Shown here piece after piece: positions 16,688-26,671 of a stretch of DNA of 64,000 nucleotides. Source of the stretch: an uncultured bacterium (GTDB lineage: Bacteria; Zixibacteria; MSB-5A5; JAABVY01; JAHJOQ01). The number at the start of each line of letters is the position of its first letter. The first letter of the stretch is position 1. The translations under genes were made by a program, and so were the position numbers. Where the stretch lies: assembly GCA_965369655.1 (NCBI GenBank), contig CBDUQR010000010.1, forward strand, positions 8,757 through 72,756, written 5' to 3'. Under the pieces are notes generated by a model that was given only the letters and a program-made list of their open reading frames with translations, was not told where the DNA came from and did not search any database.

Positions 16688-19381
16688 ATGAATATGACAG
16701 ATAAGATGACAGATATACCGAAACATTACGACTTCAAGTCCGCCGAGGCCAGATGGTACAAATTCTGGCTCGATAGCGGCTATTTCCACTCCGATGCTGC
16801 CGACGACGGTAAGAAAGCATATACGATCGTCATTCCGCCGCCGAATGTGACAGACATCCTTCACACCGGCCACGCGCTGAACAACAGCCTGCAGGATATT
16901 ATGATCCGCTACAAAAAGATGTGTGGATTCGATTCTGAATGGCTTCCGGGCGTCGACCATGCCGGGATAGCGACGCAGGTTGTCGTGGAAAAACAACTCC
17001 TGGCCGAGAAAACCAGCAGGCAGGAGATCGGCAGAGAGAAATTCATCGAGCGGGTCTGGAAGTGGAAAGAGGACAAATTCGAGAATATCATCGACCAACT
17101 CAAACAGATGGGTTGCTCGTGCGACTGGGACCGGACCAGGTTCACGATGGACGAGGGTCTCTCCAACGCAGTCAAGGAAGTATTTATCCGGCTGTACGAG
17201 GAGAACCTGATCTACAAGGGTCACTACATCACGAACTGGTGCCCGAAGGACCTGACCTCGCTGTCAGATGACGAGGTCGAGCACAAGGATGTCGATTCGA
17301 ATCTATGGTACATCAGGTACAAGATCGCCGGAACGGACAATTACCTGACAGTCGCGACCACGCGGCCCGAGACGATGCTCGGTGACACCGCGCTCGCGGT
17401 ATCTCCCAAAGACCAGCGCTACCAGAAATATGTCGGTCAGACGGCAATTCTGCCGATTCTCGACCGCGAGATCCCGATCATCGCCGATGACTTTGTCGAT
17501 CCGGAATTCGGGACGGGAGTCGTAAAGGTCACGCCCGCACACGACCCGAATGATTTCCAGATAGGTCTCAGGCATGACCTCGAACAGATCAATATCATGA
17601 ATCCCGACGCGAGCTTAAACGCAAACGCTGGTAAGTTCAAAGGGATGGATCGATACGAAGGCCGAAAGGCGCTGCTCAAAGAGCTCGATAAAAAGGGCTA
17701 TCTCGAAAAAACCGAGAAATACCAGCTTTCGGTCGGGACCTGCTATCGCTGTCACACTGTGATCGAGCCGTACCTGTCGGAACAGTGGTATGTCCGCATG
17801 AAACCGCTGGCCGAACCGGCTATCGAAGCTGTCAAGACAGGCAAACTGAGATTCCATCCGAAGCACTGGGAAAAGACATATCTGTACTGGCTCGAAAATG
17901 TCCGCGACTGGTGTATCTCACGCCAGTTGTGGTGGGGACATCGCATCCCGATATTCATCTGCCAGGATTGCGATCACACATGGGCCGCGAAAGATACGCC
18001 CGAGATATGTCCGAAGTGCGATTCGACCGATATCGAGCAGGATCCGGATGTTCTCGACACATGGTTCTCGTCGTGGCTCTGGCCGTTCTCGACTTTCGGC
18101 TGGCCGGAAAAGACGCCCGAACTCAAGAAGTTCTATCCGACCGATTCGCTCTTCACCGCATCCGAGATAATCTATCTCTGGGTCGCTCGGATGGTCATGG
18201 CGGGTTACAAATTCCTGGGTGACATTCCATTCTCCGACGTCTACATTCACGGCACGGTGCGCGACTCCCAGGGACGGAAAATGTCCAAGTCACTCGGTAA
18301 TGGTATCGATCCGAGAGACATCATCGATGAATATGGGTCCGACGCGTTGAGAATTTCGCTGGTCCTCGTCACTCCCGAAGGCCAGGACCCGTGCATTTCG
18401 CTGAATACTTTCGAGCAGGGGCGAAATTTCGCCAACAAGCTCTGGAACGCCTCCCGATTCATGATGATGAACCTCGATGATAGTCTGAAGCCTGAGTATT
18501 TCACCGGCATCGCCGACGACTGCGAACTTGCGCTCATGGACCGCTGGATACTATCGAGACTTCACCGCACGATTCAATCGGTTCGGTCAAGCCTCGATTC
18601 ATTCAAGTTCAATACCGGCGCAAAGACGCTCTACGATTTCATCTGGCATGACTTCTGTGACTGGTATGTTGAACTTGTCAAGTCGCGGCTCAGATCAGAA
18701 GACGACACGAGCGACAGAAAGGCCGCGCGCAATGTCGTCAGCTTCGTGCTCGACAATATCCTGCTGATGCTGAGCCCATACATGCCGTTCGTGACCGAGG
18801 AAATATGGCAGCGTCTTCACGGCTCCGACGACAGCGATCCGACCCGGACGATCATCACACAATCATACCCGGAGTCAGATGAGAAGTGGATCGACCCCGA
18901 TCTCGAAACAGGTATGGAGAATATCCAGTCGGTGGTCGGAGCGATACGGACTGTCCGCGCCGAGATGAATGTACCGCCATCCAGGAGAGCCGACGTCCAT
19001 GTGCGGGTCGAATCAAAGGAGCTTGCGGAAGCCCTTGTGAAACACCGCGATTATATAACCGAACTCGGCAGAATCAACGAGTTCTTCGTCGGTACCGACA
19101 TATCGAGACCGAGCTTGTCGGCAGCTACAGTCATAAAGGATGCGGAGATATTCATTCCGCTCGAGGGTTTGATCGACGTCGAGAAAGAGCGCGCCAGGCT
19201 CCAGAAGGATCTCGCGCAGGTCCAGACGCAGCTCAAGAAAATCAGCCGCAAACTTGATAACGGTGAGTTTCTGAGCAAGGCAGCGGCCGATGTCGTCGAT
19301 CGGGAAAAGCAGAAAAAGGTCGATTTCGAGAATATGGCTGACAAGATTAGCAAGAATCTTGAGCAACTCATAGGCTGGTAA
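16688..19381 (+). CDS. valS: Valine--tRNA ligase
   Basis: PPPNVT/HTGH, DHAGIATQ, WCISRQLWWGH, KMSKS, C-terminal coiled coil. Confidence 0.97.
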   Translation: MNMTDKMTDIPKHYDFKSAEARWYKFWLDSGYFHSDAADDGKKAYTIVIPPPNVTDILHTGHALNNSLQDIMIRYKKMCGFDSEWLPGVDHAGIATQVVVEKQLLAEKTSRQEIGREKFIERVWKWKEDKFENIIDQLKQMGCSCDWDRTRFTMDEGLSNAVKEVFIRLYEENLIYKGHYITNWCPKDLTSLSDDEVEHKDVDSNLWYIRYKIAGTDNYLTVATTRPETMLGDTALAVSPKDQRYQKYVGQTAILPILDREIPIIADDFVDPEFGTGVVKVTPAHDPNDFQIGLRHDLEQINIMNPDASLNANAGKFKGMDRYEGRKALLKELDKKGYLEKTEKYQLSVGTCYRCHTVIEPYLSEQWYVRMKPLAEPAIEAVKTGKLRFHPKHWEKTYLYWLENVRDWCISRQLWWGHRIPIFICQDCDHTWAAKDTPEICPKCDSTDIEQDPDVLDTWFSSWLWPFSTFGWPEKTPELKKFYPTDSLFTASEIIYLWVARMVMAGYKFLGDIPFSDVYIHGTVRDSQGRKMSKSLGNGIDPRDIIDEYGSDALRISLVLVTPEGQDPCISLNTFEQGRNFANKLWNASRFMMMNLDDSLKPEYFTGIADDCELALMDRWILSRLHRTIQSVRSSLDSFKFNTGAKTLYDFIWHDFCDWYVELVKSRLRSEDDTSDRKAARNVVSFVLDNILLMLSPYMPFVTEEIWQRLHGSDDSDPTRTIITQSYPESDEKWIDPDLETGMENIQSVVGAIRTVRAEMNVPPSRRADVHVRVESKELAEALVKHRDYITELGRINEFFVGTDISRPSLSAATVIKDAEIFIPLEGLIDVEKERARLQKDLAQVQTQLKKISRKLDNGEFLSKAAADVVDREKQKKVDFENMADKISKNLEQLIGW

Positions 19382-19418
19382 CCGAAAAAGGAGGTTGTCT
19401 TAGAAGTTCTATTCTCCA

Positions 19419-19530
19419 GTAGGTCGGCGTTCCGCAGCAGGCGGAGCCTGCAAGAAACCCGACTCACGCGTGACAAGATAGAAGTGTCGCGTTTCTCACC
19501 TGATTACATCAGGTTCGGAACACGACCTAC
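19419..19530. repeat. 112-bp REPIN-like element, copy 2
   Basis: GTAGGTCGGCGTTCCGCAGCAGGC...CAGGTTCGGAACACGACCTAC; matches 730-841. Confidence 0.9.
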
Positions 19531-19610
19531 TTTTGGGACATCCTCAAAAAGGACTTGCCAAACGAGGATTCAGGTATATATTGCCTCGTCGATTTGACTG
19601 AGGAGAGACT

Positions 19611-19802
19611 ATGTCTAAGGTTTGTGAAATATGTGGAAAGAAACCGATGTTTGGCTGCAGCGTTTCTCATGCCCACAATGTATCGAAACGCAAGTTCAAT
19701 CCCAATCTGCAACGTGTTCGCGCCAAGATCAATGGCCGCACGAAAAGGATCAAGGTCTGCACTTCATGCCTCAAAGCCGGTAAGGTGATAAAGGCTACGT
19801 AG
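19611..19802 (+). CDS. rpmB: 50S ribosomal protein L28
   Basis: [31 protein letters not shown]. Confidence 0.95.
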   Translation: MSKVCEICGKKPMFGCSVSHAHNVSKRKFNPNLQRVRAKINGRTKRIKVCTSCLKAGKVIKAT

Positions 19803-19827
19803 GTGCATTCGGGATTCGCGAGATTTC

Positions 19828-19856
19828 AGCCCTCGACATTCTGTCGGGGGCTTTTT
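19828..19856 (+). terminator. Intrinsic terminator after rpmB
   Basis: AGCCCTCGACA-TTC-TGTCGGGGGCT-TTTT. Confidence 0.75.
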
Positions 19857-19969
19857 GTATGTCGATCAGTTCTCAGCAGTAAAGATTTAAGAGGGTGAGA
19901 GCCCCCGTGTGGGTACAGAGGCTCTCTGGTCCCATTCCTCGGCTGGTTGAGGATCGGGGTGGGACCTTT

Positions 19970-21115
19970 CTATCTGTCCATAGCTTTCCTGATGTACGCC
20001 GGTATTTCGAGATCATTTCGATCTAAACCATCATCGCCCCGTTCTGCTACAGCCGCAACTGCCTGCCCACGACCTGCGAGCGCTTCCGATGTCGCCCTTG
20101 CCCGCTGCTGATGGAACAGGTCTACTACATTAGTGTCATAATCGAATACTTCTTTCTGGGCGCGACCGAACCCGGTAGCGATAACCGTCACGCGCATCTC
20201 GTCGCCGAGCGATTCGTCGATCACTGCGCCGAAGATGATTTCAGCGTCGTTGCCTGCGGCTTCATAGATAACATTCGTGGCGTCGTTGACCTGTGAGAGT
20301 GTCATATCGGTTCCGCCGCAGACATTGATCAGGACTCCTTTCGCGCCGGATATGCACGTGCTCTCCAGCAGCGGGGAGCTAATAGCTGCGTTCGCTGCGT
20401 CGGCTCCGGCTGACTCTCCTGTACCATAGCCGGAACCCATCAGCGCCTCGCCCCTCCCGAGCATGACCGTGCGGACATCCGCGAAATCACAGTTGATTAT
20501 GCCGGGCACGGTGATCAGATCGGATATGCCGCGAGTGGCGTGCAGAAGAGTCTCATCGGCCATAAGGAACGCCTGCGTGAAGGTCGTATCCTTGTCGACA
20601 ATCTCGATGAGCTTCTGATTTGGAATCACGATCATCGTGTCGACGCGGCTCTTGAGTTCATCGATTCCCATCAGCGCCTTGTTCATGCGCCTGCGGCCTT
20701 CGAAAGTAAACGGCTTCGTTATGATCCCGACCGTAAGCGCGCCCTGCTCGCGTGCCAGCTCGGCCACGATCGGCGCTGCGCCGGTGCCGGTACCGCCGCC
20801 CATGCCTGCGGTCACGAAAACCATGTCCGCACCCTTGAGCGCTTCGGCGACAGTGTCCCTGTCCTCCTCGATAGCTCTCCTGCCGACCTCGGGATCAGCG
20901 CCTGCGCCGAGACCCTTTGTGCAGCGCTCACCGATCTTGATCCTGTTGGCAGCCTTGGACCCATCGAGAGCTTGTGCGTCGGTGTTGACGGCGATGAACT
21001 CGACGCCCTCCAGTCTTGCATCGATCATGCGATTTATCGCATTGTTACCGGCTCCGCCGACTCCGGCAACCTTGATCAGCGCCTTCCCCATGAAGTTGTC
21101 ATCAAAACTGATCAT
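19970..21115 (-). CDS. ftsZ: Cell division protein FtsZ
   Basis: GVGGAGNNA, GMGGGTGTG, DFADV, C-terminal LEIPAYIR. Confidence 0.97.
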   Translation of the reverse strand: MISFDDNFMGKALIKVAGVGGAGNNAINRMIDARLEGVEFIAVNTDAQALDGSKAANRIKIGERCTKGLGAGADPEVGRRAIEEDRDTVAEALKGADMVFVTAGMGGGTGTGAAPIVAELAREQGALTVGIITKPFTFEGRRRMNKALMGIDELKSRVDTMIVIPNQKLIEIVDKDTTFTQAFLMADETLLHATRGISDLITVPGIINCDFADVRTVMLGRGEALMGSGYGTGESAGADAANAAISSPLLESTCISGAKGVLINVCGGTDMTLSQVNDATNVIYEAAGNDAEIIFGAVIDESLGDEMRVTVIATGFGRAQKEVFDYDTNVVDLFHQQRARATSEALAGRGQAVAAVAERGDDGLDRNDLEIPAYIRKAMDR

Positions 21116-21127
21116 TCGATCCTCCCA

Positions 21128-22357
21128 TCATATATTTAGAATTGCATTTATTGCGCTTTCACATTTTCGTGCGAGTCTTCCGAAGAACTTCGGATTCTTG
21201 ATCTCGGCTGATCGCTCCCTGAACCCATGCAACAGGAGTCCCATCGCGACGGCGACGCCGTACGGGCTGCTGTGGCAAGTATCTTCGTCGAAAAGCTTCG
21301 GTCTTGCCAGCCGCGCCGGAAGTCCGAAGATGCGTTCGGCGAGCGATTCCGTGTCTCTTATGCACGCGCCGCCGCCTGTCAGGATTACGCTCTCGACCTG
21401 GTCGGCGACAGGTGTGTTCGAGAGGTGACTCTGCGCCATCCGGAATATCTCTTCCATCCGAGGTTCAATTATCGCGGCCAGAACAGTCCTCGATATTCGA
21501 CGCTGGTAGAACTCTCCCAGGTCCGGAAGGGTCAGCTTCTCCTTCGGATCGACACGCGAAATCAGGGCCGATCCCTGACATATCTTCAATTCCTCGGCGG
21601 CATCCATCGGAAGACGCAGGCCGTAGGCGATGTCGGCTGTGACATTTCTTCCGCCGACCGGCAGAGACTCCGTGTGCCAGACAGAATCTTCGACATAAAG
21701 CGCAAGATCAACAGTCTCCGCGCCGATATCGATCAGGATAGCTCCCGATCTCTTCTCCTCCTGAGTCAGAACAGCCTCGGAAGCGGCGATAGAGTTGAAG
21801 ACCATTTCCTGCACATTTGCTCCGGCATTCTTCACGCAATCGAGCACGCTCCCTGCGGCAGCTACCGAAGCGGTCACGATATGGACTCCGACTTCGAGCC
21901 GCTCGCCCGACATGCCGATCGGGTCGTTGATGCCGTCCCTGTCATCCACCGCAAAATGCTGCGGTATCACATGCAGGCGTTCTCTCTGCTCCGGAATACT
22001 TACAGCTTTAGCCAAATCGATTGCGCGCTCCATCTCGTCGTCGGTTATCTCATTATCTATGACATTGATCGAGATGGCTCCCCGACTGTTGAGACCTCTG
22101 ATGTGCTCTCCTGAAATGTTGACATAGAGCGGTCCTGTCTTGACTCCCGCATCTTCTTCGGCGCGGGAAATCGCCGCAGCTACCTGTGCGCCTGCACTTT
22201 CGGCGTCGACGATTATCCCGTTCTTTACACCCGACGACGGCACCTCCGACACTCCAAGAAAAACGAGATCGTCATCCGGTCCAATCTGTCCGATTGCACA
22301 GCAAATCTTGTGTGAGCCGATGTCCAGCCCGGAAATGATCTTTCTTGCCTGCATCAT
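21128..22357 (-). CDS. ftsA: Cell division protein FtsA
   Basis: GLDIGSHKI, IDIGAET, LTGGGA; position in the dcw cluster. Confidence 0.95.
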   Translation of the reverse strand: MMQARKIISGLDIGSHKICCAIGQIGPDDDLVFLGVSEVPSSGVKNGIIVDAESAGAQVAAAISRAEEDAGVKTGPLYVNISGEHIRGLNSRGAISINVIDNEITDDEMERAIDLAKAVSIPEQRERLHVIPQHFAVDDRDGINDPIGMSGERLEVGVHIVTASVAAAGSVLDCVKNAGANVQEMVFNSIAASEAVLTQEEKRSGAILIDIGAETVDLALYVEDSVWHTESLPVGGRNVTADIAYGLRLPMDAAEELKICQGSALISRVDPKEKLTLPDLGEFYQRRISRTVLAAIIEPRMEEIFRMAQSHLSNTPVADQVESVILTGGGACIRDTESLAERIFGLPARLARPKLFDEDTCHSSPYGVAVAMGLLLHGFRERSAEIKNPKFFGRLARKCESAINAILNI

Positions 22358-22370
22358 TTATCCCTCATAT

Positions 22371-23087
22371 CTAAGTCAATCTTTTCGCAACTACTGATCT
22401 CCCAAACCTGAGATCTATCTCTGCCCCGGACGGAAGGCTGCCGTGGCTTATTATCGCATAGAGCCGCCCAAGCTTCAGATTGTATTCTCCCTTCCCGACG
22501 ATCACGCGCGAGTTCGAGTTCCTCATGTACAGGATTGGGCTTTCGGGAGAGGACATGTCTATTTCAGAAATAGCGTCATGCAATTTCGGGAATTCCGATT
22601 TCATCGTAAGGCAGATACTGAGCGCTTCGCGGACCTCATCCGATGATACTGTCGTGTACGGTGGGGTATCATCGAGTTGAATGCCGGTTATGACAAGCAG
22701 GTCGGATACGTCGGCGCAATCACGATATGGTATCAACTCTCCCCTGCTCGATAAGCCGTGCAGGTCCGGAAGCGATATCAGCGCGGCTGGTTTCTTCCGC
22801 TCGCCGGTACAGATAACGCTTCCCGACAGACTCAGTCGGCAATGCACTTCGTTTAGTCGAGGATTCATGGCGAGCAGCGCGGCGGAGTATTGCGCCAACG
22901 GCTGCCTGAAATAGTTCCGCTCGTCGGCATCGTCGATGAGCCGCTCGAAATCGACTTCGATCTGCGCATCATCCACGATGAACAGACGCGCATGCACCGT
23001 CACCAGCGGATAGAAATAAACGAATATGCAAAATGCCGACACGAGCGCGACAGTGACTGCAACCGCTCTCTGCTTGATCCTCGTCAA
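22371..23087 (-). CDS. ftsQ: Cell division protein FtsQ/DivIB (divergent)
   Basis: Single N-terminal TM, ERKKPAALI, IDLRF near the C-terminus; lies between murC and ftsA. Confidence 0.75.
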   Translation of the reverse strand: MTRIKQRAVAVTVALVSAFCIFVYFYPLVTVHARLFIVDDAQIEVDFERLIDDADERNYFRQPLAQYSAALLAMNPRLNEVHCRLSLSGSVICTGERKKPAALISLPDLHGLSSRGELIPYRDCADVSDLLVITGIQLDDTPPYTTVSSDEVREALSICLTMKSEFPKLHDAISEIDMSSPESPILYMRNSNSRVIVGKGEYNLKLGRLYAIISHGSLPSGAEIDLRFGRSVVAKRLT

Positions 23088-24457
23088 CGCTTGAGTACCT
23101 CCAGTATTTCAGGGCAGACCTGATAGATGTCGCCTGCACCGATTGTCATCACCATTGAGTTGTCGATCCGATGTTCAGCGATGAACTGCGGCACCTCTCT
23201 CATATCATCGATATAGTGGCAGTTCTTGTGACCATACTCTCTTGCCGCGGTCACGATCATTTCGGCTGATACTCCCGGCATCGGTTCCTCGCGGGCGGCG
23301 TAGATCCTCGTGACGATCAGCATGTCCGAGAGCAGCAGCGCCTTCGCAAAATCGCGGTAGAAGTCTTTTGTCCTGGAGTAGAGATGCGGCTGAAAAACGG
23401 CAACCAGAGGCCTGCCATATCCAGTCCTCGCAGCCTTGAGCGTTTCTTCCACTTCGGTCGGATGATGCGCGTAGTCATCGACGACCATCACACCCGACTC
23501 TTCGCCTTTCATCTCGAAGCGCCTGACGACGCCACTAAAACCCTCGAGCGCTGACTTGATCTTCTCCCACGGAATGTCGAACTCCAGGCCAACGGCTATC
23601 GCGGCAAGCGCGTTGCGAATGTTGAATATGCCGGGCATCCTGATGCTCACTTCACCCAGCGTATCGCCGTTGCTGTGGACCGTGAAGGTCGAGACACCCT
23701 GATCGAAGGATGGATTCGATGCCCTTACAGCCGCCTGAGTCGTGAACCCGAATGTCCTGACCGGCCGCTTCAGGTCCGAAATCAGCGACACGACATTTTC
23801 GTCATCCATGTTGAGGATAATCGTACCGTAGAACGGTACTATGTTCGCGAATTCAATGAACGCCTCTCTGATACTTTCGAAATCGCCGTAGTAGTCGAGA
23901 TGATCGGCTTCGAGGCTCGTTATAACCGCCATCGAGTGAGTCAGGTTCAGGAACGATCTGTCGTATTCATCCGCTTCGGCGACCATGAAAGCCCCGCCGC
24001 CAGCTTTCACATTCGTGCCGTACTGCTGAACTCGCCCACCGACGATGACCGTCGGATCGAATCCGCCTGCGGTCAGCACCGCCCCGACAATCGATGTCGT
24101 GGTCGTCTTGCCATGAGTGCCCCCGATGCCGACCCCGTACTTGGCACGCATCAACTCGCCGAGCATCTCGGCGCGACGAATGACCGGGATCATTGATTCC
24201 TTTGCCGCCGTGACTTCTGGATTGTCGTCTCTTATCGCGGATGAGATGACTACAGCGTGAGCACCTCCGACGTTTTCGGCTTTGTGTTCGAAGCAGATCG
24301 ATATCCCGAGTTCGACAAGGTGATCGGTAACCTCGCTTTGGACCAGATCGCTGCCGGTCACGGCGAAGCCTTCGTCATAGAGCATCTCAGCGATGCCTGA
24401 CATCCCGATGCCTCCTATTCCGACGAAGTGAAGCCTTTTGATCTTTCCAAATCTCAC
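23084..24457 (-). CDS. murC: UDP-N-acetylmuramate--L-alanine ligase
   Basis: HFVGIGGIGMSG, GTHGKTTT, EADE, DDYAHHPTE. Confidence 0.97.
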   Translation of the reverse strand: MRFGKIKRLHFVGIGGIGMSGIAEMLYDEGFAVTGSDLVQSEVTDHLVELGISICFEHKAENVGGAHAVVISSAIRDDNPEVTAAKESMIPVIRRAEMLGELMRAKYGVGIGGTHGKTTTTSIVGAVLTAGGFDPTVIVGGRVQQYGTNVKAGGGAFMVAEADEYDRSFLNLTHSMAVITSLEADHLDYYGDFESIREAFIEFANIVPFYGTIILNMDDENVVSLISDLKRPVRTFGFTTQAAVRASNPSFDQGVSTFTVHSNGDTLGEVSIRMPGIFNIRNALAAIAVGLEFDIPWEKIKSALEGFSGVVRRFEMKGEESGVMVVDDYAHHPTEVEETLKAARTGYGRPLVAVFQPHLYSRTKDFYRDFAKALLLSDMLIVTRIYAAREEPMPGVSAEMIVTAAREYGHKNCHYIDDMREVPQFIAEHRIDNSMVMTIGAGDIYQVCPEILEVLKR

Positions 24458-25557
24458 TGTATCACCTCCGCCAGCAGCGCGCCGGCGATTATGTCCGATG
24501 CGCCCGGCCTGTGGAGCTTCTGGGAATTCGCAGCCATTCGGGACAGCTCTCTGTCATCTGAAAGCAGCTTGAACGCGATTCCAATCGGGTCGGATTCCTC
24601 GATCAGATCCTGCCTGACGAGGATAGCAGCGCCCTTCTTCTCGACAAGCCTCGCATTGTAGACCTGGTGATTCTCGGCTGCGAATGGATATGGAACCAGT
24701 ATCGCGGGCTTGCCTGCGGCTGCAAGTTCGGCGAGTGTGAGCGCGCCAGATCTCGATATAGCGAGGTCCGCGCACGCATACGCCAAATCCATCCTGTCGA
24801 TGAACGGCAGCACGACTCCGGCAACACCGGACTGTCGGAACCTGTCGCTGCAATCGTCATAGTCAGCTATGCCGGTTTGCCAAATCAACTGCAGATCATC
24901 GCGAGCGGCAATCCTGTCCAGATTGTCTGAGATCAACCGGTTCAGAGCCTGCGCTCCCTGACTTCCACCGAATACGAGCAGCGTCTTTCTCGACTCGTCC
25001 AGTCCGAAGCATGTGACGCCCTCATCACGATCGCCGACTTCGAATCCGGGCCGCAGCGGGTTGCCGGTTTGCACGACTTTGGCGTCGGGATGCAGGAAAT
25101 CCTCAATCGACTGATAGGCTGCGAACACTGTCTCGGCCTTTCTGGCAAAGAGTCTTGTGGTCAGACCGGGATACGAGTTTTGCTCCTGGAGGAAAATCCT
25201 GACCCCAGCAATCCTCGCAGCAATCAGGACCGGCACACATGGGAATCCACCGGTCGAGAGCAGCATGGCGGCCTTAGTCCTCTTGAGAAGCATGTATGAC
25301 TGAAGCGTGCCGAGCGCCAACACGAACGGAATAGCCAGGTTCTTCGGATGCAGGCTCCGCCGAAGCGGTACTGCCGAGACAGCATGGAACTCAAAACCGC
25401 TCTCCGGAACGATTCTTGCCTCCATCCCGTCGGATGTCCCGATCATATACACGTTCAAATCACTTCGCATCGTTTTGAGACTTCGCGCGACGGCCAGCGC
25501 GGGATAGAGATGGCCTCCCGTTCGACCGCCAGCTATTGCTATGGAAAAATCACTCAT
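24454..25557 (-). CDS. murG: Lipid II GlcNAc transferase MurG
   Basis: TGGHLYP, EQNSYPG, GNP, GGSQGA, HQVYNA; alternative start 25566. Confidence 0.95.
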   Translation of the reverse strand: MSDFSIAIAGGRTGGHLYPALAVARSLKTMRSDLNVYMIGTSDGMEARIVPESGFEFHAVSAVPLRRSLHPKNLAIPFVLALGTLQSYMLLKRTKAAMLLSTGGFPCVPVLIAARIAGVRIFLQEQNSYPGLTTRLFARKAETVFAAYQSIEDFLHPDAKVVQTGNPLRPGFEVGDRDEGVTCFGLDESRKTLLVFGGSQGAQALNRLISDNLDRIAARDDLQLIWQTGIADYDDCSDRFRQSGVAGVVLPFIDRMDLAYACADLAISRSGALTLAELAAAGKPAILVPYPFAAENHQVYNARLVEKKGAAILVRQDLIEESDPIGIAFKLLSDDRELSRMAANSQKLHRPGASDIIAGALLAEVIQ

Positions 25558-26671
25558 GTCGTTCAAAGAACAGTGTCTTCCCCCTCTTTCTTCGCGATAT
25601 ATTCAGGAGCATCCCTACAGCCGACGCCGAAATTAAGAGCGATGTGCCGCCGTAGCTGACGAATGGCAGCGGCATCCCGGTCGTAGGGATAAGACTTACA
25701 GTCACGGCAATATTTATCAGAGCGCTCACTGTCAGCGCCATCGTAATACCGAATCCGAGGAAGAAACCGAATCGGTTCTGCGAGGCGACAGCCACCCGCA
25801 ACCCGCGCCAGAAAATGACTGCGAAGAGCACAAGCATTATCGTTACCCAGATGAATCCGCCCTCTTCAGCAAAGTTCGCGAATATAAAATCGGTATGCAC
25901 TTCGGGGACGAAAAAGAGCTTGGCCGAGCCGCGACCGATCCCTTTGCCGAACAACCCGCCTGAACCGATATAGAGTATCGACTGCTTGACCTGATAAGCG
26001 CCGTTCAGCGGGTCCTTGATCGATTCGATGTATTCGAGAATTCTTCCCTTCTTATATCCAAGCATAAACACCGTGACATACGCCACTCCGGCCAGCAAAG
26101 CCGCCCCGAATGCGACCTTCCTGAGTCTGCATCCGGCAACGAAAGCCATACCGACGAGTACCATCGAAATCACGAGGACTGTTCCCAGGTCCGGTTCCAC
26201 TACTATCAACCCGAGCCCGATGATGACAGTCGCTGTCACAAGACGGAAGTGCCAGGCAGGCTGCTCCTTTCGCTGGTCGCGAGCAAGGAAATGCGCCATC
26301 AGGTATATCATGACATACTTGAAGATTTCGGATGGTTGCAGACTCAGGAAGCCGAGGCCGATCCACCTGCTCGCATCGTTGATCTTCGGCATGAACAGCA
26401 CCACAGCGAGAAGCACAACAGAAACCGACACTGCCACCCAGACAATCTTGCGAAACCAGTCATACGGTACGGCTGCGAAAATGAGCATCGAGATCAGAGC
26501 CATGCCGGAAAACACGAGCTGCCTGGTAAAGAAATGAGCATGCTCGCCCGCAAACTTCTGGTCAGCGAGGAACACGGATGACGAGTAGACCTCGACAATT
26601 CCGACCGTCATGAGGAGCAGGACGGCAGTGTAGAGCACAAGGTCGACGCCATTTCGCCTCATCCTTCTCAT
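25550..26671 (-). CDS. ftsW: SEDS peptidoglycan polymerase FtsW
   Basis: QPSE, EPDLGT, PEVHTDFIF, LPFVSYGG; ATG 26671 overlaps the murD stop. Confidence 0.95.
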   Translation of the reverse strand: MRRMRRNGVDLVLYTAVLLLMTVGIVEVYSSSVFLADQKFAGEHAHFFTRQLVFSGMALISMLIFAAVPYDWFRKIVWVAVSVSVVLLAVVLFMPKINDASRWIGLGFLSLQPSEIFKYVMIYLMAHFLARDQRKEQPAWHFRLVTATVIIGLGLIVVEPDLGTVLVISMVLVGMAFVAGCRLRKVAFGAALLAGVAYVTVFMLGYKKGRILEYIESIKDPLNGAYQVKQSILYIGSGGLFGKGIGRGSAKLFFVPEVHTDFIFANFAEEGGFIWVTIMLVLFAVIFWRGLRVAVASQNRFGFFLGFGITMALTVSALINIAVTVSLIPTTGMPLPFVSYGGTSLLISASAVGMLLNISRRKRGKTLFFERHE

